Assembly (NCBI GenBank): GCA_041659225.1
Contig: JBAZYR010000004.1
Coordinates: 9,867 to 73,866, forward strand
DNA length: 64,000 nt
Source: Candidatus Staskawiczbacteria bacterium
Lineage (GTDB): Bacteria; Patescibacteriota; Minisyncoccia; Minisyncoccales; Staskawiczbacteraceae
Direction of reading: 5' to 3'
Part shown: one piece after another, positions 46,802 through 56,611 of the stretch
Layout of the letters: each line of letters begins with the position of its first letter
Numbering within the stretch: the stretch's first letter is position 1
The notes under the pieces: model-generated
The model's input: only the letters and a program-made list of their open reading frames with translations
Told to the model about the DNA's origin: nothing
Database searches by the model: none
Made by a program: the position numbers and the translations under genes

Positions 46802-47818
46802 ATGTACGACGTTATAACCTTTGGCGCGGCTACAAAAGATATATTTATAAAAACCAAGAAACTCAAGGTGATCGAGAACAAAAGCTTTGCTACCGGCAAA
46901 GGAGTTTGTTTTAATTTAGGGTCGAAAGTAGATATAGATGAGATTCTATTCGCTTCCGGCGGTGGGGGGACTAATACAGCAGTCACTTTTGCTAATCAAG
47001 GCTTTAAGGTGGCTTATTGTGGCGCTGTGGGCAAGGATTTAGCCGGGCAGGAGATAATTGAAGAACTTGGAAATTTAAGCGTTGGTGCTGAATTAATTAG
47101 TAAGTCCGAGACGCAGCCGACCAATCATTCAATTGTGATCGACGGGATAAAAAATGACCGCACAATTCTTGTTTACCGGGGTGCATCCGGGGAATTGAAA
47201 AAAGATGACATCCCCTGGTCAAAACTTCAGACAAAGTGGTTCTATATTGCCCCATTGTCCGGTTATTTATGTGATAGGTTCGGCGAAATTGTGAATTTTG
47301 CGCATAAGAATAATATAAAGGTGGCCTTGAATCCCGGTAACTGTCAGCTTTCTTTACCGATTACCACTCTAAAAGTAATCTTAGATAAAGTTGACATTTT
47401 GATTCTTAATCAAGAGGAAGCTTCCATACTAACCGGGATTCCTTTCCAAAAAGAAAAAGATATTTTTAAAAAAATTGACGAAATTTGCACTGGCATTGCT
47501 ATTATGACTAAAGGCGGCAGAGGCGTTGTGATTTCTGACGGCCAGTATCTTTATCGGGCTGTGCCGCCGCCGAAGAGGAAGGTCGCGGACGAAACTGGGG
47601 CAGGGGATGCTTTCGGTTCAGGATTCGTTTCCGGTTTCTTACAGTCGAATGGAGACGTAGAGTTTGCAACTCAACTCGCCATGGCAAACGGCGTGGCGTG
47701 CCTTCAAAAAACAGGAGCTAAGGCTGGTCTATTGAAAAAAAATGAAAAATTCTATACAGTAAAGGTTAAAAAAGAGCCATGCAGTATCAGCGGCCCCTGC
47801 CAGTGTCGAGCCCGCTAA
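46802..47818 (+). CDS. PfkB-family carbohydrate kinase
   Basis: GGGGTN, DETGAGDAFGSGF motifs. 338 aa. Confidence 0.8.
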   Translation: MYDVITFGAATKDIFIKTKKLKVIENKSFATGKGVCFNLGSKVDIDEILFASGGGGTNTAVTFANQGFKVAYCGAVGKDLAGQEIIEELGNLSVGAELISKSETQPTNHSIVIDGIKNDRTILVYRGASGELKKDDIPWSKLQTKWFYIAPLSGYLCDRFGEIVNFAHKNNIKVALNPGNCQLSLPITTLKVILDKVDILILNQEEASILTGIPFQKEKDIFKKIDEICTGIAIMTKGGRGVVISDGQYLYRAVPPPKRKVADETGAGDAFGSGFVSGFLQSNGDVEFATQLAMANGVACLQKTGAKAGLLKKNEKFYTVKVKKEPCSISGPCQCRAR

Positions 47819-47827
47819 GAAGATGTT

Positions 47828-48691
47828 ATGAAGAATTTAAAATATTATTTTAAAAAGGCAGAAAAGGGCAAGTGGGCTCTCGGCCAGTTTAACTTTTCTG
47901 ATCTGTCTCAGCTTGAAGGAATAATCGCTGCAGCAAAGAATCTTAAGTCCCCTGTTATATTAGGGACCTCAGAAGGTGAGAGCAAGTTTTTGGGCTTGAA
48001 GCAGGCCGTCGATTTAAGGAATTCCTACCGGACGGAAACTGGTTTGCCGATTTTTTTGAACCTAGACCACGGCAAGTCCTTTGACTATATCAAAAAAGCG
48101 ATCGAATTAGGTTATGACATGGTTCATTTTGACGGTTCGAAGCTTCCTTTGAAAGAAAATATTGCCAAGACAAAAAGCGTTATATCCTATGCCAAGAAGT
48201 TCGGGACCATAGTTGAAGGAGAAGTGGGAGTAATAAGTACAGACGCCTCAAAGATTTATGAAGAGAAGTTTGTCTTAAAACCTGAAGATCTTACCAATCC
48301 GGTTGATGCAGTTCAATATTCAAAATCAGCGAATGCAGACTGTTTGGCCGTAAGTATCGGAAACTTTCACGGCATTAGCGTTCAGGGAGAACCGAAGCTC
48401 AATTTAGAATTATTAAAGGAAATTAAGAAATTAATCAAAGCAAAATTTTTAGTCTTGCATGGAGGGTCGGGTATTCTGGACCGGAATATTAAAAAAGCAA
48501 TTGAATTCGGGATTGTAAAGGTTAATATTAATACAGAGCTAAGGGTCGCCTATACCGAAACCCTAAAGAATTCCTTAAGGAACAATCCGAAAGAGATTAC
48601 GCCGTATAAATATTTGCCAGAAGCAATCGGAGCCGTGCAAAAGGTCGTTGAAGATAAGATTAAATTATTTGGAAGTAAAAACATGGCCTAA
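47828..48691 (+). CDS. fba: Class II fructose-bisphosphate aldolase
   Basis: LDHGKS, HFDGS, LVLHGGSG motifs. Confidence 0.85.
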   Translation: MKNLKYYFKKAEKGKWALGQFNFSDLSQLEGIIAAAKNLKSPVILGTSEGESKFLGLKQAVDLRNSYRTETGLPIFLNLDHGKSFDYIKKAIELGYDMVHFDGSKLPLKENIAKTKSVISYAKKFGTIVEGEVGVISTDASKIYEEKFVLKPEDLTNPVDAVQYSKSANADCLAVSIGNFHGISVQGEPKLNLELLKEIKKLIKAKFLVLHGGSGILDRNIKKAIEFGIVKVNINTELRVAYTETLKNSLRNNPKEITPYKYLPEAIGAVQKVVEDKIKLFGSKNMA

Positions 48692-48704
48692 AGGCCCTAA
48701 AAAT

Positions 48705-48923
48705 ATGGCAAAAATTATATTAGAAAGAGAAAAATGTATTGGCTGTGGCTCATGCGTGGCCATTTGTCCAAAGTATTTCGTAATTAGCGATGACGGCAAA
48801 TCCTCTGTGATAGGCGCACAAAGGGATGAAAAAACCAATAACGATGAATTAGAAACCGATAAGATTGATTGCGCTCAGGGTGCGGTTGACGGTTGTCCTG
48901 TTCAATGTATTCACATTAAATAA
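48705..48923 (+). CDS. Small 4Fe-4S ferredoxin
   Basis: CIGCGSCVAICP plus a distal GCPVQC. Start chosen after the fba stop. Confidence 0.7.
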   Translation: MAKIILEREKCIGCGSCVAICPKYFVISDDGKSSVIGAQRDEKTNNDELETDKIDCAQGAVDGCPVQCIHIK

Positions 48924-48930
48924 ATAGTTT

Positions 48931-49590
48931 ATGTTTAAATTAATCGCAAAAATTAGAGAAGAAGGGAAAAAGACGAAGGATTCCGGAAGGATCCCGGCGG
49001 TTGTATATGGCGTTGGGCTTAAAAATATATCAATCGACGTTGACGCAAGGGAATTCCAGAAACTTTTTATTCAATCCGGAGAAAGCTCGCTTATCAATCT
49101 CGCTGTTGAGGGGGAGAAAAAAGATCGGCCTGTTTTAGTTCACGAAATTCAAAAAGATCATGTCTCCGGCAGATTTATTCACATTGATTTCTATCAGCCA
49201 TCTTTGACGCAAGAGGTAGAGGTAATGATTCCTTTAGTTTTCGAAGGTGTTTCCTTGGCGGTAAAGGAACTGGGCGGAACTTTAGTCAAAGAAATTCAGG
49301 AAATTAAAGTTAAGGCCCTGCCTCAGAATTTGCCTCACGATATTAAGGTTGATATCTCTGGTTTAGAAACATTTGACCAGGAAATATTGGTTAAAGATTT
49401 GAAGTTCTCAGCCGATGTCAAGGTATTGCGCGGGCTCGAAGAAATAGTTGCTTTGGTGGTGCCAATGGCAAAAGTTGAAGAAGAACTTGAAAAACCGATT
49501 GAAGAGAAAGTGGAGGACGTTGAGCGAGTTGAAAAAGAGAAAAAAGTTAAAGAGGGGGACATAGCGGAGGAAGGAAAAAAGGCAGAGTAA
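48931..49590 (+). CDS. rplY: 50S ribosomal protein L25 / Ctc form
   Basis: GRIPAVVYG, two-domain length (219 aa), acidic tail. Confidence 0.88.
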   Translation: MFKLIAKIREEGKKTKDSGRIPAVVYGVGLKNISIDVDAREFQKLFIQSGESSLINLAVEGEKKDRPVLVHEIQKDHVSGRFIHIDFYQPSLTQEVEVMIPLVFEGVSLAVKELGGTLVKEIQEIKVKALPQNLPHDIKVDISGLETFDQEILVKDLKFSADVKVLRGLEEIVALVVPMAKVEEELEKPIEEKVEDVERVEKEKKVKEGDIAEEGKKAE

Positions 49591-49616
49591 AAATTAATTT
49601 AAGGTTTTAGACGCAA

Positions 49617-51014
49617 ATGATTAAACGTTTTTCTAAGACAATTATTTTCTTTGCGCTGGCTGCAATTTTGTTTTTGCCCAACTTTGTTTTTGCTGAAGAT
49701 TTGGCAACATCGTGCAGTCAGGTTGTAAATAATAATCTTACTTGTCAAAATATGACTGGGACAGACTGTCGGGCGCTTTTGGAGAAGTGTGCCGCGTTTT
49801 ATGAGCAGGAAAGCATTCGGATTGGGGAGGATATAACAAAGACCGAAAAAGAGAAAAAAACTCTTCAGAATCAGGTTGCCACACTGAAAAAGAAGGTTCA
49901 GAACCTTGAATATCAAATAAACCAGGGCACAATGGTGATTAAGGACCTCGCTATCCAAATAGGGGATACTCAATCGTCAATCGTGAAAATCTCCTTGCAA
50001 ATAGAGGAATCTAAAGATCAGATTTCAAGTATTCTGCGGTCTATGGATCAGGAGGATCAAAAGTCTCAGGTCGAGATTTTATTAGAAGGGGACTTGTCTG
50101 ATTTTTTCAATAATCTAACGTATCTTCAGAATTTAAACTCTAAGTTAAGAGAGCTTTTGAAAAGCACACAGGATTTGAAATCATATCTTGAAGGGCAGAA
50201 GATAAAAATGGATGATGAAAAGGATCAAACCGAAAGAACGGTTAAACTCCAAACTCAGCAGAAAAAAGAGAACGAATTGAATAAGAAAGAACAGGAAACA
50301 CTTTTAAAGTTGACTGAAGCTGAATATCAGAAACAGCTAAGAGATAAAGAAGAAGCCGAAAAGAAAACTGCAGCGATTAAAGCAAAACTTTTTCAAATAA
50401 TTGGTGTTTCTAAAGCACCGACCTTCGGCGAGGCGATTGAGGTTGCAAAAAGTGCTGCTGCTATCGCCGGCATACGTCCTGCGTTGCTTTTAGCAGTCAT
50501 TAGCCAGGAGTCTGCCATCGGGAGAAATGTGGGACAGTGTGTTTTAGTAGACGCGCAAACCGGACAGGGCAAGAGGATAAAAACAGGAGCATTAGTATCT
50601 AAGTTAATGAAGCCATCGCGCGATGTCTCCCCGTTTTTAACCATTACAAAGGATTTAGGAAGAGATCCGTACAATACAGCGGTTTCCTGCCCATTAAGTG
50701 TAGGGTATGGAGGAGCAATGGGCCCAGCCCAATTTATACCTTCCACGTGGCGATTATATGCCGATAAGATTAGAAATGTTACCGGTAGCGCAAGTGATCC
50801 GTGGAGTATCCGAGATTCCTTCATCGCCGCTGGTCTTTATCTGGCGGATCTGGGCGCTTCGGCTAAAACTGCCACCAAAGAGAGCAACGCGGCCTCCAGA
50901 TATTATGGAGGGTCATCCTCTTACGCCAGTAGTGTTATGCGGCGTGCCAAATGCATACAGTCTTTTATAGATACGGGCGAAATGTCCACTACCTGCCAGA
51001 ATTTGATTCTGTAA
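49617..51014 (+). CDS. Secreted coiled-coil protein with C-terminal lytic transglycosylase (MltB/SLT-like) domain
   Basis: Signal peptide, long heptad-rich region, then LLAVISQESAIG and GAMGPAQFIPSTW. Confidence 0.65.
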   Translation: MIKRFSKTIIFFALAAILFLPNFVFAEDLATSCSQVVNNNLTCQNMTGTDCRALLEKCAAFYEQESIRIGEDITKTEKEKKTLQNQVATLKKKVQNLEYQINQGTMVIKDLAIQIGDTQSSIVKISLQIEESKDQISSILRSMDQEDQKSQVEILLEGDLSDFFNNLTYLQNLNSKLRELLKSTQDLKSYLEGQKIKMDDEKDQTERTVKLQTQQKKENELNKKEQETLLKLTEAEYQKQLRDKEEAEKKTAAIKAKLFQIIGVSKAPTFGEAIEVAKSAAAIAGIRPALLLAVISQESAIGRNVGQCVLVDAQTGQGKRIKTGALVSKLMKPSRDVSPFLTITKDLGRDPYNTAVSCPLSVGYGGAMGPAQFIPSTWRLYADKIRNVTGSASDPWSIRDSFIAAGLYLADLGASAKTATKESNAASRYYGGSSSYASSVMRRAKCIQSFIDTGEMSTTCQNLIL

Positions 51015-51035
51015 TTTTTACACTTAAAAGGAACT

Positions 51036-51065
51036 AAAAAACCCAGCTACGATGCTGGGTTTTTG
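51036..51065. terminator. Bidirectional terminator between convergent genes
   Basis: A5, ACCCAGC-tacgat-GCTGGGT, T4. Confidence 0.75.
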
Positions 51066-51075
51066 TGTTGTCGGA

Positions 51076-51840
51076 TTATTTTGGTTGCTCTTGCTCCAGT
51101 TTTCTAAACGCTTTTATAATTCCATCCATTCTGCCGTCCATTATTCCTTCAATATCGTGCCATGATTTTCCGATTCTATGGTCGGTAATCCTATCCTGAG
51201 GAAAATTATATGTCCTCATTTTTTCAGCACGCTTGGCCCAGCCGATTTGCTCGTTTCTGGCTCCTGAAATCTGTGATTGCTCTTCGGCAATTTTTCGTTC
51301 CAGGAGCTTGGCGGATAAAATTGATAGCGCGCTTTCTTTATTTTGCATTTGATTTCTTTCGGATTGCGAGGTAACTACTAAACCGGTCGGGATATGCACG
51401 ATTCTTATCGCGCTTTCAGTTTTATTAACATACTGGCCTCCGGGGCCTGATGCCTTGAATGTTGTAATTTTGAGATCGCTGGGGTTTATAATAAACTCCG
51501 TCTTTTTAGGTTTAGGGAGAATAGCAACAGTTATAGTAGAGGTGTGGACTCTGCCGGATTTTTCGGTTTTAGGTATCCTTTGAACCCGGTGTACCCCAGC
51601 CTCATTTTTCATGTCGTCGTAAATACCGGCACCGTTTAATTCGAAAATAATTTCTTTATAGCCTCCTAAGTCGCTTTGATTGGAATCTAGGATTTTCTGG
51701 CCCCAGCCTTTGGATTGCCCGAATTTAGAATACATTCTAAATAAATCACGGGCAAATAAACCGGCTTCGTCTCCGCCGGTTCCAGCGCGGATTTCAACTA
51801 TGATTGCATCTATGTCCTTTTTAGGTAATTGTTCTTGCAT
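51076..51840 (-). CDS. prfA: Peptide chain release factor 1 lacking N-terminal domain 1 (254 aa)
   Basis: [38 protein letters not shown] (PxT-type), [16 protein letters not shown] (GGQ). An in-frame TAG lies 15 nt upstream of the ATG. Confidence 0.85.
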   Translation of the reverse strand: MQEQLPKKDIDAIIVEIRAGTGGDEAGLFARDLFRMYSKFGQSKGWGQKILDSNQSDLGGYKEIIFELNGAGIYDDMKNEAGVHRVQRIPKTEKSGRVHTSTITVAILPKPKKTEFIINPSDLKITTFKASGPGGQYVNKTESAIRIVHIPTGLVVTSQSERNQMQNKESALSILSAKLLERKIAEEQSQISGARNEQIGWAKRAEKMRTYNFPQDRITDHRIGKSWHDIEGIMDGRMDGIIKAFRKLEQEQPK

Positions 51841-51885
51841 ATATTCTAAAGTATACTATTTTTACGTTTAATTCAAGATTGAGTG

Positions 51886-51914
51886 TTGACCTTATTAATA
51901 ATTTTTGTTATTAT
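51886..51914 (+). promoter_or_regulatory. Sigma70-like promoter for rpmE-rpsB-tsf
   Basis: TTGACC, 17-nt spacer, TATTAT. 12 nt separate the -10 from the ATG. Confidence 0.5.
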
Positions 51915-51926
51915 CCTACTATCTAT

Positions 51927-52163
51927 ATGAAAAACGATATACATCCAAAATATTTCCCAAAAGCCAGAGTCACTTGCGCATGTGGCAATTCTTTTACTGT
52001 TGGCTCGACCAAAGAACATATTGAGACGGAAATCTGCTCTAAATGCCATCCTTTTTATACCGGTAAAGAGAAGATGATTGATACCTTAGGCCAGGTTCAG
52101 AAGTTTAAAGACAGAATGGCCAAGAAGACTATAAAAACTAAGAAGGTTAGAACGAAGAAATAA
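51927..52163 (+). CDS. rpmE: 50S ribosomal protein L31
   Basis: MKNDIHPKY, CxC...[11 protein letters not shown]. Confidence 0.9.
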   Translation: MKNDIHPKYFPKARVTCACGNSFTVGSTKEHIETEICSKCHPFYTGKEKMIDTLGQVQKFKDRMAKKTIKTKKVRTKK

Positions 52164-52164
52164 T

Positions 52165-52863
52165 ATGGCTAAAAAAGAAATCGATTTGAATATTGCGGAA
52201 ATGACGCAGGCGGTCCTTCACTCTGGACACCGCGTTTCTAAGTTGCACCCGAAAATGAAGCCTTTTATATCCGGGGTGAAGAACACAGTCCATCTTATTG
52301 ATCTTGAAAAAACAGTTGAAAAGTTCAGCGAGGCCCTGACATATATTAAAGAATTAATTTCCGCTGAAAAGAATTTGCTTATCGTGGGCACAAAAACCCC
52401 GATAAAAAACATGGTGAAAGAGATGGCCATGGAGGTTAATCTTCCATACGTGAACGAAAGATGGCTTGGTGGAACCTTTACTAATTTTGATACTATTTCC
52501 AAAAGAGTAACCCATTTCAAGCAACTTGAGAAGGAAAAAGCAGTCGGCGGTTTGGAAAAATATACGAAGAAAGAAAAAATGAAAATTGACAAAGAGATTG
52601 AATCTCTCAGAATAAAGTTTGAAGGTATCAAAGATATGACTAAATTACCCGAGGCAGTTTTTATCCTTGATATGAGAAAAGATGGGATAGCCGCTCGCGA
52701 AGCAAAGAGAAAGGGTATAAAGATAATTGCTATATGCGACACGAACATTGATCCTGGTTTGGCGGATTATCCAATTCCGGCTAATGACGACGCAATCTCT
52801 TCAGTAAAATACATCTTGGCCAAGACAAAGGAAGCTGTACTCAGCGCAAAATCTAAGAGTTAG
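52165..52863 (+). CDS. rpsB: 30S ribosomal protein S2
   Basis: HSGHRVSKLHPKMKPFI, ERWLGGTFTNF, AICDTN. Confidence 0.95.
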   Translation: MAKKEIDLNIAEMTQAVLHSGHRVSKLHPKMKPFISGVKNTVHLIDLEKTVEKFSEALTYIKELISAEKNLLIVGTKTPIKNMVKEMAMEVNLPYVNERWLGGTFTNFDTISKRVTHFKQLEKEKAVGGLEKYTKKEKMKIDKEIESLRIKFEGIKDMTKLPEAVFILDMRKDGIAAREAKRKGIKIIAICDTNIDPGLADYPIPANDDAISSVKYILAKTKEAVLSAKSKS

Positions 52864-52874
52864 ATATATTTTAT

Positions 52875-53459
52875 ATGGTAGATATTGAGCAAATAAAACA
52901 ACTCAGAGACGAGACTGGTGCTTCTCCTACGGAGTGCAAAAAGGCGCTTTTGGAGTCTAACGGTGACGCTGCTAAAGCCAGGGAACTGTTAAGAATCCAC
53001 GGCAAAGCCGTGGCAACCAAGAAAACTGCACGAGAAACAAAGACAGGGCTGATCGATACATACCTTCACCTCAATGCACAAACAGGAGTGATGTTAGACA
53101 TACGATGCGAGTCTGATTTCGTAGCAAAATCTGAGAACCTTAAAACCTTGGCGCACGAAATCTGCTTGCAGATAGCTGCCCAAAAGCCGATTTTTGTTAA
53201 GGAGGAAGAAATACCCGCAGAGTTTATTGACGGTGAGACAAAGATATATAAGGAACAGTTCAAGGACTCTGGCAAACCGCAAAAGATAGTTGACCAGATA
53301 ATCGAGGGTAAATTGAATAAGTATAAAGCCGAAGTTTCTTTACTATCCCAGGTTTGGATTAAAGACGACTCCAAAACCATTAAAGATTTAATAGGGGAGT
53401 ACGTTGCAAAAATTGGTGAGAATATTGAAGTGAAAAGATTCTCAAGGTTCGAGATATAA
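52875..53459 (+). CDS. tsf: Elongation factor Ts (short form, 194 aa)
   Basis: IKQLRDETGASPTECKKAL UBA-like N-terminus, rpsB-tsf synteny. Confidence 0.9.
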   Translation: MVDIEQIKQLRDETGASPTECKKALLESNGDAAKARELLRIHGKAVATKKTARETKTGLIDTYLHLNAQTGVMLDIRCESDFVAKSENLKTLAHEICLQIAAQKPIFVKEEEIPAEFIDGETKIYKEQFKDSGKPQKIVDQIIEGKLNKYKAEVSLLSQVWIKDDSKTIKDLIGEYVAKIGENIEVKRFSRFEI

Positions 53460-53462
53460 TAT

Positions 53463-53813
53463 ATGGTTGAATTTATAGCTTTAATAATTTTCGTCATTAG
53501 TTTTGGTGGAGTAATCTTCATCCTCGTTAAGAAGATGCCAATACTCGAGCAACTTCCGGAAGTTCACGAAGGGGCCAAGAAGGAAAAAGTTGTTCATGTT
53601 TTGAGAGATAGATTAAAAGGTTATTCTCCCGATAAGGTTATCTTGCTTAAAGCACTTTCTCGGATTAGGGTTGTAGTCCTTAAGATTGAGAAGCAAATTG
53701 ATGGGTGGTTGCAGAAGATGAGAAAAAAGATAGTTGCCCAAAAGAAAATAGAGGATCAGAGAAAAGAAGACAGCAACTCTAAAAGTATTAAACCACCTTC
53801 TACGCCGGAGTAG
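53463..53813 (+). CDS. Hypothetical membrane-anchored protein, 116 aa
   Basis: One N-terminal TM helix and a Lys-rich tail. The last 10 nt overlap tRNA-Thr. Confidence 0.4.
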   Translation: MVEFIALIIFVISFGGVIFILVKKMPILEQLPEVHEGAKKEKVVHVLRDRLKGYSPDKVILLKALSRIRVVVLKIEKQIDGWLQKMRKKIVAQKKIEDQRKEDSNSKSIKPPSTPE

Positions 53814-53875
53814 CTCAACGGTAGAGCAGCACTTTTGTAAAGTGAAGGTTGGGGGTTCGATTCCTCTCTCCGGCT
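53804..53875 (+). tRNA. tRNA-Thr (anticodon UGU)
   Basis: Cloverleaf folded by hand: acceptor GCCGGAG/CTCCGGC, D arm GCTC..GAGC, anticodon loop TTTGTAA, T loop TTCGATT. CCA not encoded. Confidence 0.85.
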
Positions 53876-53888
53876 TATTGTGCGACAT

Positions 53889-53910
53889 AGACCCGTTCAG
53901 GGTCTTTTGT
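53889..53910 (+). terminator. Terminator after tRNA-Thr
   Basis: AGACCC-gttca-GGGTCT followed by TTTTGTTTT. Confidence 0.65.
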
Positions 53911-53991
53911 TTTATAAAATTTTAGCTCTTCCTCGTTGACGGTTCATAGCCGCCTTTTAATCGGAGCAACGTTTTGTTAGAATAAGATTGT

Positions 53992-54543
53992 ATGAGTGAA
54001 AGAGTTCTCAGTCTTCCAGTAAATTTATCAGTCGCCTTTTCGACCTTAATTTTTATAGGTATATTTGTTTTATCTTTTAGCATTCCATTTGCGCTTAGCG
54101 GGCCGCAGTGGTTAGTCGGAACATTGGTTAACACTTGCTTGTTCTCCGCTGCTATTTTTCTGCCAAAGAAGTATATCCTGCCAATCATTATTTTTCCGAG
54201 CTTAGGAATTTTGGCACGGGGATTAGTCTTCGGCCCGTTCACCTTTTTTCTCGTGTATTTTCTACCGTTCATTTGGTTGTCTAACCTGTTTCTCGTTTTG
54301 ATTTTTAAAAAGCTGTATTCGTCAATAAAATATATTCCTTCTGCCTTTATTGCAGCAGCCTCCAAATGTGTATTTCTATTTCTGATAGCCAACATATATT
54401 TAAGTTTTTCAATTGTGCCGAAAATCTTTTTACAGACTATGGGAATTTTTCAATTTATCACGGCCTTAGCCGGCGGAATAATCTCTTTTTTCATTTTTAA
54501 GATTTATGAAGGAAACTACCCCAGAAATAAAAAAACTTTTTAA
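53992..54543 (+). CDS. Hypothetical multi-pass membrane protein, 183 aa
   Basis: Five or six hydrophobic helices. The 3' end overlaps the next ORF. No family recognised. Confidence 0.5.
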   Translation: MSERVLSLPVNLSVAFSTLIFIGIFVLSFSIPFALSGPQWLVGTLVNTCLFSAAIFLPKKYILPIIIFPSLGILARGLVFGPFTFFLVYFLPFIWLSNLFLVLIFKKLYSSIKYIPSAFIAAASKCVFLFLIANIYLSFSIVPKIFLQTMGIFQFITALAGGIISFFIFKIYEGNYPRNKKTF

Positions 54544-54565
54544 CTTTATTGGTAAAAAAGAAAAA

Positions 54566-55300
54566 ATGGTGGCTATGCTTGCCCCTTCTTTTTTAATTGA
54601 TTTCCATTATCCTGAAATTATCGGAATGCTTAAGCGTTTGGGTTTTAAATACGTGGCGGAGGTTTCCCGGGGAGCAGTTGAAACGAATAAACAGTTGCTT
54701 GCCTTATTAAAGGCTCACCCGGAGGGGAGATATATAACAAGTCCGTGCCCAAGCGTTGTGAGACTGATTAAGAATAAGTTCCCGCATTTGGTTCGTAATT
54801 TGGCCCTGGTTGATTCGCCTATGATTGCCATGGCAAAAATAGTTGGGAAAAAATATCCCGGTTATAAAAAAGTATACATCGGACCATGCTTTGCCAAGAA
54901 GAACGAAGCTGAGGAAGACCATCCCGAATTAGATATTCTGGTTTTAACGTATAAGGAATTGAAAGAAGTGTTTAAGGTAAAAAAGATCTCTTCAACTAAA
55001 AATGATAAGCTCCTCTCTTTTGATATCGCAGCTGTTGGTACCCGTTTGTATCCAATTTCCGGCGGGCTAGCCCAATCTTCCGGAATAACAAAGAAACTTA
55101 CTGATGCAGAATACGACGTCATATCTGGACCAAAGTTAGTAGAAAAGATTTTGAAAGAATTCCCTGCTTTACCCGATTTGAAGGTCCTTGATATCCTCAA
55201 TTGCGACGGAGGATGTATAAACGGAGCCGGAATTATCAGCAAAGATTCTCTCGAAAGCCGCAGGAAGAAGATAACTAGCTTTTGGGAGAAAGGGAGATAA
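54566..55300 (+). CDS. [FeFe]-hydrogenase H-cluster-domain-like protein (small, atypical L1 motif)
   Basis: ITSPCP (canonical TSCCP), GPCFAKKNE (PCxxKxxE), NCDGGCINGAG (CxxGCxxGxG). An alternative start is at 54506. Confidence 0.65.
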   Translation: MVAMLAPSFLIDFHYPEIIGMLKRLGFKYVAEVSRGAVETNKQLLALLKAHPEGRYITSPCPSVVRLIKNKFPHLVRNLALVDSPMIAMAKIVGKKYPGYKKVYIGPCFAKKNEAEEDHPELDILVLTYKELKEVFKVKKISSTKNDKLLSFDIAAVGTRLYPISGGLAQSSGITKKLTDAEYDVISGPKLVEKILKEFPALPDLKVLDILNCDGGCINGAGIISKDSLESRRKKITSFWEKGR

Positions 55301-55324
55301 TTGGCTAAAAAGTTGAAACTGGGC

Positions 55325-55352
55325 TTGACATTATCTTTTATTCGAATAAAAT
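55325..55352 (+). promoter_or_regulatory. Candidate promoter upstream of the 16S rRNA gene
   Basis: TTGACA, 16-nt spacer, TAAAAT. A hairpin plus T6 (55436-55480) lies between it and the 16S, so the assignment is uncertain. Confidence 0.4.
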
Positions 55353-55521
55353 GAAAAAGTAGTTAATAAACATATGTAGTTAATTAAAAGCATATGTAAA
55401 CAACTTTTCTAGAAAATTTAGTTCAATAGGAATATCCGCGATGGTGTCTAATAACTTAGATGTCGTCGCGGGTATTTTTTCAAAATACCAGTTCATTGAT
55501 AATTTAATATCACAACCAAAA

Positions 55522-55550
55522 TTTAGTTTTTTAAAGTTGTTTCGAATAAG
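55522..55550 (+). promoter_or_regulatory. 5' strand of the pre-16S processing stem
   Basis: TTTAGTTTTTTAAAGTTGTTTCGAATAAG is complementary to 57982-58010 at 27 of 29 positions. Confidence 0.8.
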
Positions 55551-56445
55551 CTACTAATACTCAGCGTATTAGATATTTTTTTTGAGAGTTTGATCCTAGC
55601 TCAGGGTGAACGCTGGTAACGTGGATAAGGCATGCAAGTCGAACGGGCTGTAGCAATACAGTCAGTGGCGAACGGGTTAGTAACACGTAGGTACCAACCT
55701 CCGAGATGAGAATAACCCATCGAAAGATGGGCTAATACTCAATAGTCCCACTCCGCAAGGAAATGGGTAAAGGTTCGCAAGAGCCGCTCAGAGATGGGCC
55801 TGCGGCCTATCAGCTTGTTGGCAGGGTAAAAGCCTACCAAGGCTATGACGGGTAGGGGGCGTGAGAGCGTGTCCCCCAACAATGGCACTGCGACACGGGC
55901 CATACTCCTACGGGAGGCTGCAGTCGAGAATCTTCCACAATGGGCGAAAGCCTGATGGAGCGACGTTACGTGAATGAAGAAGCCCTTCGGGGTGTAAAAT
56001 TCTTTTTTAGGGGAGGAAGTTGCCTTCGGGTAACTGACAGTACCTTAAGAATAAGGGGATCCTAATTCTGTGCCAGCAGGAGCGGTAATACAGAATCCCC
56101 GAGCGTTACCCGGAATTACTGGGCGTAAAGGGTCCGTAGGTGGTTAAGATAGTCTTTGGTTAAAACTCATCGGCTCAACCTTTGAGCTGCCGAAGATACT
56201 TCTTAACTCGAGGACGTTAGAGGCTAACGGAACCGACGGTGTAGGGGTGAAATCCGTTGATATCGTCGGGAACACCAAAAGCGAAGGCAGTTAGCTGGGA
56301 CGATCCTGACACTGAGGGACGAAAGCGTGGGGATCAAAAAGGATTAGATACCCTTGTAGTCCACGCTGTAAACGATGACCACTAGCTATTGGCAGTGTCG
56401 ACCCTGTCGGTGGCGAAGCTAACGCGTTAAGTGATCCGCCTGGGA

Positions 56446-56477
<32 letters not shown>

Positions 56478-56611
56478 AGACGGGGACTCACACAAGCGGT
56501 GGACCATGTGGCTCAATTCGACAACAAACGAAGAACCTTACCAGGGCTTGAAATTCCGTTGAAATCCCGATGAAAGTTGGGACCCCCACAAGGCAGCGGA
56601 ACAGGTACTGC

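Noticed and set aside
56570-56611. ORF-track start of the homing endonuclease at 56570, inside conserved 16S sequence.
   Set aside because: The first 14 codons are translated rRNA exon sequence. The start at 56612, at the exon/insert junction, is the first one compatible with the insert boundary.
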